62,997 nucleotides of DNA. It comes from a virus (taxonomy: Duplodnaviria; Caudoviricetes). The stretch lies in the IMG/VR virus record IMGVR_UViG_3300009149_000034, positions 1 to 62,997 of that record. One strand, 5' to 3'. Both the position numbers and the translations under genes were made by a program. The notes under the pieces were generated by a model. It was not told where the DNA came from. It ran no database searches and saw nothing but the letters and a program-made list of their open reading frames with translations. The number at the start of each line of letters is the position of its first letter. Position 1 is the first letter of the stretch. This document shows positions 56,919-62,997 of the stretch, piece after piece.

Positions 56919-57869
56919 CTAAACCTCTGTTGTTGTCTCAGGAAGTTGTTGGATCCCGCCCCCTGTTGGACCTTCTCCTCCACCAGTGTCTGTGACATCA
57001 CCACCAGTGTCATAATCCGGAACGCCCTCCGGTCCCGGTGCACCAGGAGGAGTACCTACGTAAGTTTTTCCCGCGCCGCTATACGTACTCAACGCTTGCG
57101 CCTCTACATCATACGGTAAAAACACGCTGTCATCCGGCGATATGGTAGCTACCATCTTGAGGTCAGTCGGGTAACCCGTAGCTCCTAGTGCTATATTGAT
57201 ACTCTTAACCAGGTACTGAAAAGAAAACTGCGTGGCACCCTCGCGTCCAGCGTTCAACTGCCAAGTCAGGTTCATCATAGCACCGGATACGATCATAGAA
57301 TCATACCTGAGATGCATCACGAATCCTCGTCGAGCCAGCATTGTCCCCCTACCTAAATAGGTAAATAGCCGGAACATGTTCATCGTCCAATCATCTTGGT
57401 ACGTATTCATTAATGTACCGGAGTAATTGAACACCGGGGGGGATGTACCGTAAAAAAATGCTACATAGTTATCTGCTAGATTCTCTGACAACTGGACTTT
57501 CTCATTGAAAGAGTGTGTTGCCGACTCCAACAAGAAATCTAAATAGCCCAGCCCCCCAGTTGAAGTGGTTAAGTCAGACGCGACAACTCGCGCTATCTGC
57601 TCCATCGTGAAGTCACTCATCTCTTCTACGAGTGCCTCTAGTCCACCCTCTGGAATCTGAATGAGCATGCGCGCCATGCTGCCCTCAAATTCATGATGTC
57701 GACCCTCACGATGCCGCATGTACTTAGGTGTTGCGAGAGGAGTGTCCGCGAAAACCCCTTGTGCAAACATCTCTCTACCTACGAGATAATTGCCCTCCTC
57801 ATTAGCAACATTCAGAGGCACTAAAACGTTATCATCTAAAAAACTACCTTGTAGAGGTACAATTGCCAT
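56919..57869 (-). CDS. tail tube-like/baseplate initiator candidate
   Basis: Just downstream of the tape measure gene; beta-rich FFYGTSPPVFNYSGTL...QFSFQY. Confidence 0.5.
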   Translation of the reverse strand: MAIVPLQGSFLDDNVLVPLNVANEEGNYLVGREMFAQGVFADTPLATPKYMRHREGRHHEFEGSMARMLIQIPEGGLEALVEEMSDFTMEQIARVVASDLTTSTGGLGYLDFLLESATHSFNEKVQLSENLADNYVAFFYGTSPPVFNYSGTLMNTYQDDWTMNMFRLFTYLGRGTMLARRGFVMHLRYDSMIVSGAMMNLTWQLNAGREGATQFSFQYLVKSINIALGATGYPTDLKMVATISPDDSVFLPYDVEAQALSTYSGAGKTYVGTPPGAPGPEGVPDYDTGGDVTDTGGGEGPTGGGIQQLPETTTEV

Positions 57870-58078
57870 TATTGCCGCGCTTTCAGTGCAGTACTCTCGA
57901 GGTAATCCCTATAAGGAACAGCCCCAGTCTCATTTACCATGATATATGCACGCTCAATCAGAGGAGGAAATACCACATGAGCTTCATGCTTATTCCGTAG
58001 ATTACCTACGATGTTACGATTAGCTACCCTGAGAAAATTCTCAGGTTTTGGGAGCATATACTTTACACGTTTATCCAT
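57869..58078 (-). CDS. hypothetical protein
   Basis: Abuts both neighbours. Confidence 0.65.
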   Translation of the reverse strand: MDKRVKYMLPKPENFLRVANRNIVGNLRNKHEAHVVFPPLIERAYIMVNETGAVPYRDYLESTALKARQ

Positions 58079-61000
58079 CTACTTCGTCTCCTCTAACTTA
58101 GCCGTGATTTTCTCTGTTGCTACGCCGAAAGCTTTCACGCTTTTATTAAATATAACAGCGGAGTCATTGAATGACTTGCCACTTCCTGGAGCTGCACCAC
58201 CACCTAATAAACCAGTGAGAGTATCTGCAATATTACCTAACGCGCTCTTAGCCTTACTCTCTTTTTCTGTAGGTGCCGCAGTTAAAGCGATATCTTCCTC
58301 TATAGCTACAGACTCCGCACCCGCTAAACCTGAAATTCGTCTGTAAGCAGCTTCTTTAGTCTGCAAACCTGCTTTAACAAGATTAGCTTGAAGTCCTATA
58401 ATCTTACCTGCTCCACCAGAAGCAATCATTTTATCAATATCTTCTTTACTCTTACCCTCTAAACCTAAGTCATCCCATTGTGCTATATTCCCCTTCTTAG
58501 CAGATTCTGAAATCCCCGAGACGGGCCTGAGTAATGACTCGAACCCCGCTTGCGTTTTTGTATATTGCCCTGTAACTGCCAGATTAGCGAATAGTTGATC
58601 TCTTTGGGTGTCACTCTTTGTCGCACCTCTATTCATAAGAGAAAAAACCTCACGCTGTTCTTCCGTAAGACCCCTACCCTGTTCACGTACACTCTCCCAA
58701 AACTCTCCAAACCCCGCGTCAGACTTCTTATCCTTAATCCACCTAGCACGAGTATCGTCAAAACCCGATCCCCCCCGCATGTATGCACTTAAAGCTCTCG
58801 CCTTTTCCTCCGTTATTCCTTCCGTAATACCACCTAGTGTCTTCTGTTGCGCCTTTGTTAACCCTCCCCCACGCTCTCGTATACCAAAGAGAGATCCGCG
58901 CTGACCTGCTAAAGTCTTTTTACGCTCCTCCAAACTCAAATCACCGAAGGCATCTTCCTCCGCCTTCAGAAACCCACTAGCATCCTTAAATTGTTTCGTC
59001 ATTTGCCCCCGCATCTGCTTTTCGGCTTCTCCCGATCCTTGCGCGCCTATCTCACCTATCATCCCATAAAGTTTAGCTTTATTCTCTTCACTTAACCCTT
59101 CGAATTTACCAATACTAGTACCGGCACCCTGCATACCCTGCATAGCATAATTTCTAAAATCTTCAGTTAACCACGCTCCCCCATCACCAGTACCACCTCT
59201 CTTTACCGTATAATCTGCACCAAGAGCCGCGGCACCTTTTTCAACAATGCTTTCTACGTCTGTTTCGCTAACCCCTAGAGCTTTAGCTAATTCACTCTTA
59301 CCTCGAGCACGTCCTTCTTTACTTTTGTATCTCTCCATACCCCCAAAAACTTTAGACATGGTGCGAGACTCACTACGAGCAAAATCAATCATCTTATCTT
59401 TACCAAAAAGTTTTTCTACCTTATCACCATATATGAATTTATTTAAACCTGAGTCCATACCGAACTCCAAACTATTACCTGCCATAGTCTCTACGATACC
59501 TTGGTCAGCACCAAAATAAGATGCTAACCCTCCCGCCATAGACATAGCATCACTCACCATATTACCTGCATAACGCCAGTCGACGCCCCCTTTACCAGCA
59601 GCAGTTCTTTCGTATGCTGCACCGGTCTTATTGGCCATAAGACCATAAGCGTACATCATATCTTTTCCGCGGTAATTAACGTCAGATGCTGCAAAATCTG
59701 TTTTTTCTGAACCAGTCAGCTGTGCCCCACGCTTCATAATTTTGCCAGCATTACGTTGTAAAAAAGCCCGCTCTGACGCAGAATGCGTTACTTGTATATC
59801 ATCACGCCGGCGAATATACCTTCCTTCTTCAGCGGCGGCACGATCCTCAAAGAAATTAGACACGCCCGAACCTATACCGGAAAAGAACCCACCTAATGTA
59901 TCTATATCCTGCCCAAAAGCCTGAGACGTAGTAGTTCCTACTTCACTAAGTCTCCTACCCCCTGCCGAACGTGAAACCATCCCTCCTAATCTTCCCCAAT
60001 AACCAGGAGCAGCGTCCTGTGTTTTCTTATAATCTTCCATCGACCTTTCTTGAATACTCTGATTCAAAGACTTCTTCTGCATATCCCAGAACTCAGTGGA
60101 TCCCCCTAACTCCATCATCTGTATAGCTGCGTCATCCCCGAACAACCTACGTGCTCCAAAACCTAGCGCTGCTTTACCCTGAAGGCCCTCTTCTCTACCT
60201 GTATCAATAGCCATTCGGTACTGCATGGCCATCATCTCTTGTGGAGATAGTTGATCAACCGCCTGAGACATGAGTTCTCTTTGCCGGAGAGGGTACATCG
60301 CCATCTCACTCATAGATGCACCCTTGAACTGCTTCTTGGCGCGCTTCCTCAAACTCTTGAGCCCCATAGCCCCAGGGCTAGATAGATCCCCAAGAGCCTC
60401 CTTATCCAGGGCCCAGTCCCCTCCAGTGCGCATACTAACAGCCAACCCTAAAGCCTCATTGGACATCATAGAGGCACCTATCTGCATATTACGTCCCGCT
60501 ACACCCTCAACACCCCCGAGCATCTGAAGTTGTCGTGGAGTCATAGACCCAGCCGCAACACCCTGTCGGGCAGACGCCAATGAGTACATACCGTAGTTAT
60601 ACCCAGTGCCTGCGCCTAATCCCGCGCCAGCAAAAGTAGCTGCACCAGCCATACCACCACTAGATTGAATAGCCTCTATAGACGCACCCGCTGCTCTCGA
60701 GTAAGTCCTCATGCCCGATGCTGCTTCACGCATCTGCATTTGATCCATACCAAGTTGTGTACCCATCTGCGACATTGTTCGAATGACGTTGCTCACATCA
60801 GGGTCTTGCGTAAGCTGCATGAATTCTTTGATCGTACGCGCGGTAGTTCGAAGATTCTGTTTAATAGCCTGCACATCCTGGCTTTGATCCATCAAACCAG
60901 ACTGCCCACCCTGCTTGAGGATATTCATCAAGTCCATCTGGTTGAACATCCCGCCCGTCTCAGACTTAAATGAACTACTACCTGCTAACCCCCTAACTTC

Positions 61001-61855
61001 CCCTGCAAGGTCTATCGAGTGAGATTTGCTGAGCCCAGGACCTAACGGACCTACATTACTACCGCCCAAAACCCAACTTCTAGACATATTCTGAATGGAC
61101 GCGCCCATCTCTCTATCTTGACGTCCTCCTGCAAATGGGAACATAGCGGCGTTACCCATAGCCGGAGCTGCGCCACTAAAGTGAGCAGCCGCTGCACCTC
61201 CTAGAGCACCTACTACAGCACTTACCCCCCCAAATCTAGACCCTATACTTGCGCCTAAACCTGCGCCTATACCGTACCCCGCTGTCTGACCAGCTATACG
61301 CGGTGTTTGTGCCGCAGCAGAATACAACATATCTGCACGTTGCTCTCTATTACGGATCTCTTGCTCCCATGCAGATTGAAACATTGGGGCAGAAGGAGGC
61401 TGAGGAGTAAACGGAGTAGATATGACAGACATAGGTGGCATTCTAGGAACAGGTGCTTGAGACAGAGGAGACGTGGCATAACCGTACCCGCCCATCTGAG
61501 GAGGAGACACCAACAAGGGTGAGGGCGATGCATAACCTCCCATACCACCAAAGCCACCACCCATACTACCGTAACCACCACCTACACCACCCATATCAAT
61601 ACCGGGTAATCCTGCGTATTGTTGAGAATATTGCCCTGTGGATAGGTGACCACCGATCTGCTGTGCTATGGATGCAGTAGAAGGTGAGGCACCTATAAAC
61701 TGCGAAGCTGTCTGTATCTGCTGAGAGGCCATCGACTGTGCGGTTAATGCTTGCTCTGAAAGAGCCATAGCTGCTTGCGCAGGGCTAGGCGTAACTGACT
61801 GTGCAGGAGCCCCTTGCCCTTGCATCAACCCCAGATTAGCTTGCATTGTGTTCAT
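58079..61855 (-). CDS. tape measure protein
   Basis: 1258 aa, G/A/M/Q-rich and helical; directly downstream of the frameshifted chaperone pair. Confidence 0.8.
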   Translation of the reverse strand: MNTMQANLGLMQGQGAPAQSVTPSPAQAAMALSEQALTAQSMASQQIQTASQFIGASPSTASIAQQIGGHLSTGQYSQQYAGLPGIDMGGVGGGYGSMGGGFGGMGGYASPSPLLVSPPQMGGYGYATSPLSQAPVPRMPPMSVISTPFTPQPPSAPMFQSAWEQEIRNREQRADMLYSAAAQTPRIAGQTAGYGIGAGLGASIGSRFGGVSAVVGALGGAAAAHFSGAAPAMGNAAMFPFAGGRQDREMGASIQNMSRSWVLGGSNVGPLGPGLSKSHSIDLAGEVRGLAGSSSFKSETGGMFNQMDLMNILKQGGQSGLMDQSQDVQAIKQNLRTTARTIKEFMQLTQDPDVSNVIRTMSQMGTQLGMDQMQMREAASGMRTYSRAAGASIEAIQSSGGMAGAATFAGAGLGAGTGYNYGMYSLASARQGVAAGSMTPRQLQMLGGVEGVAGRNMQIGASMMSNEALGLAVSMRTGGDWALDKEALGDLSSPGAMGLKSLRKRAKKQFKGASMSEMAMYPLRQRELMSQAVDQLSPQEMMAMQYRMAIDTGREEGLQGKAALGFGARRLFGDDAAIQMMELGGSTEFWDMQKKSLNQSIQERSMEDYKKTQDAAPGYWGRLGGMVSRSAGGRRLSEVGTTTSQAFGQDIDTLGGFFSGIGSGVSNFFEDRAAAEEGRYIRRRDDIQVTHSASERAFLQRNAGKIMKRGAQLTGSEKTDFAASDVNYRGKDMMYAYGLMANKTGAAYERTAAGKGGVDWRYAGNMVSDAMSMAGGLASYFGADQGIVETMAGNSLEFGMDSGLNKFIYGDKVEKLFGKDKMIDFARSESRTMSKVFGGMERYKSKEGRARGKSELAKALGVSETDVESIVEKGAAALGADYTVKRGGTGDGGAWLTEDFRNYAMQGMQGAGTSIGKFEGLSEENKAKLYGMIGEIGAQGSGEAEKQMRGQMTKQFKDASGFLKAEEDAFGDLSLEERKKTLAGQRGSLFGIRERGGGLTKAQQKTLGGITEGITEEKARALSAYMRGGSGFDDTRARWIKDKKSDAGFGEFWESVREQGRGLTEEQREVFSLMNRGATKSDTQRDQLFANLAVTGQYTKTQAGFESLLRPVSGISESAKKGNIAQWDDLGLEGKSKEDIDKMIASGGAGKIIGLQANLVKAGLQTKEAAYRRISGLAGAESVAIEEDIALTAAPTEKESKAKSALGNIADTLTGLLGGGAAPGSGKSFNDSAVIFNKSVKAFGVATEKITAKLEETK

Positions 61856-62228
61856 TGCTTAGTCTTCTCACCATGTAAAAGAGGTGAATTTGCAGTAATA
61901 CGATCAAGCTTACTCATGATTCTCATGCGCCCTTCGACCTTAGCCACAAATTCAGCCAACCGGCGCTCACTCGCCGGGGTATATCCTGAATTATACCGCA
62001 CTTGGTACAGCTCTTCACTGTAGTCTTCTAAAAGACCTTCAGTATATTCTACTGATGCTCCACTTATGGGACTCAAAACTTTCACTAAAAGTGCAGCAAA
62101 AGCGAACTTCTCATTACGCTCTCGCATAAGTAATTCAGATAATACGCGTTCTTGAAAAGACCCAAGAGGTGGTAGCGGGGCACCTCGGAGTAGTGCTTGG
62201 GACCGGGCTTGACCCGCTACCGAACTTA
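61852..62228 (-). CDS. tail assembly chaperone, -1 frame extension (gpT-like)
   Basis: The frame of ORF 61852-62127 stays open upstream to the slip site: LSSVAGQARSQALLRGAPLPPLGSFQERVLSELL-MRERNEK. Confidence 0.8.
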
Positions 62229-62235
62229 AAAATCC
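62161..62235 (-). promoter_or_regulatory. programmed -1 frameshift signal with downstream stem/pseudoknot
   Basis: G GAT TTT TAA at 62235-62226; 9-bp stem 62213-62221/62171-62179; 6-bp second stem 62196-62201/62161-62166. Confidence 0.8.
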
Positions 62236-62828
62236 TCGGGGGATCCATCAGCAAAAACAGCCGCTATTTTACTGTCGAAAGTATGCAAAAGCCGCATCAT
62301 TTTAAACGCAATGGGACCAGGTCTACCCATAACGAATCGCAACTTTTTAGTGAACAGCTCTTCCGCCGCTTCCTCATCCGTGTCGTAACTCAGGAATTCA
62401 AACTTACGCTCCCCGAGTGCTCCAAGAGATGCTGCTAAATTATACCTCGCAGACAACTCGGAAACAGTCATGTTATATGTGGGGTTCTGTTCCTCAATAA
62501 GTTGCTGTGTACATACAACATCTCGGTACAAACGCGTACGCAACTTTAATGACAAAGAGCCTATGTGATACGTCTCTTCGTAGTAATCATGCGTCGCCAA
62601 ATGCTCCATAATTTGGCGTGCTTCCAATAAATCAATGCCCGCCTCTTTTAAACCCTCCTCGTACGTAGGGGGTTTAGATGTGACAGGGCCGTCCGTATTC
62701 TCCTCTTTTTTCTTCTGAATATCTTCAGGTCTCTTCTCCTCTGTTTTACGTGGTACAGCGTCCACTGGCTGCGCATCAGAAGAGTCTATAATGTCTAAGA
62801 GAGGTAATCCTTCATTCTTGTCCGTCAT
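62226..62828 (-). CDS. tail assembly chaperone (gpG-like)
   Basis: 200 aa, AGGAG RBS, ends at the slippery site upstream of the tape measure gene. Confidence 0.8.
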   Translation of the reverse strand: MTDKNEGLPLLDIIDSSDAQPVDAVPRKTEEKRPEDIQKKKEENTDGPVTSKPPTYEEGLKEAGIDLLEARQIMEHLATHDYYEETYHIGSLSLKLRTRLYRDVVCTQQLIEEQNPTYNMTVSELSARYNLAASLGALGERKFEFLSYDTDEEAAEELFTKKLRFVMGRPGPIAFKMMRLLHTFDSKIAAVFADGSPEDF

Positions 62829-62919
62829 GAGTTACTCCTACAGTAATGGGTTATTGAAGACTATACAAAAAAGAGTGGTATAAGGAAAGGCGAAATACAC
62901 ACCAAAGGGGCTTAATACG

Positions 62920-62997
62920 ATGATATGTAAGAAATGTTTTTACACGGTCAACTACGCACAGGACCCCACCGCCACGAAATGCACCATGTGCGGTGAA
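62920..62997 (+). CDS. partial zinc-ribbon protein truncated by the window edge
   Basis: MICKKCFYTVNYAQDPTATKCTMCGE; AAGGGG RBS-like sequence upstream. Confidence 0.6.
   Translation, partial: MICKKCFYTVNYAQDPTATKCTMCGE

Noticed and set aside
1-62997. Genome-wide TAG recoding (genetic code 15)
   Set aside because: Only one suspicious in-frame TAG was seen. Other genes are full length in code 11, and several end in TAG directly before the next start (4761, 22414, 43772).

Overview
This 63 kb window is part of a large tailed dsDNA phage genome, probably with a contractile tail given the baseplate J-like and gp25-like genes. The + strand carries replication and early functions: an SNF2 helicase, two PD-(D/E)XK nucleases, a ParB-like protein, an SSB-like protein, a primase-helicase, a family A DNA polymerase with a UDG-like N-terminus, a MoxR-like AAA+/VWA pair, RuvC and a class II RNR. 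The - strand carries the terminase, baseplate, tail fibre/spike, tape measure and tail chaperone genes plus two sigma factors. Over the first ~32 kb the two strands alternate in blocks with very little intergenic DNA. The most notable system is a retron-type reverse transcriptase (23026-24207) with a CxxC...HxC insertion. It is translationally coupled to a VWA/metallopeptidase gene and two Cys-rich unknown genes, and has no room for an adjacent ncRNA. A ~380 nt highly structured non-coding element with msr/msd-like architecture lies about 7 kb upstream (15911-16291), directly after the polymerase. Also seen: a -1 frameshift with a pseudoknot in the tail chaperones, a single in-frame amber codon in the primase-helicase, and a zinc-ribbon-laden sigma factor. 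All calls come from reading motifs by eye; no database searches were run.
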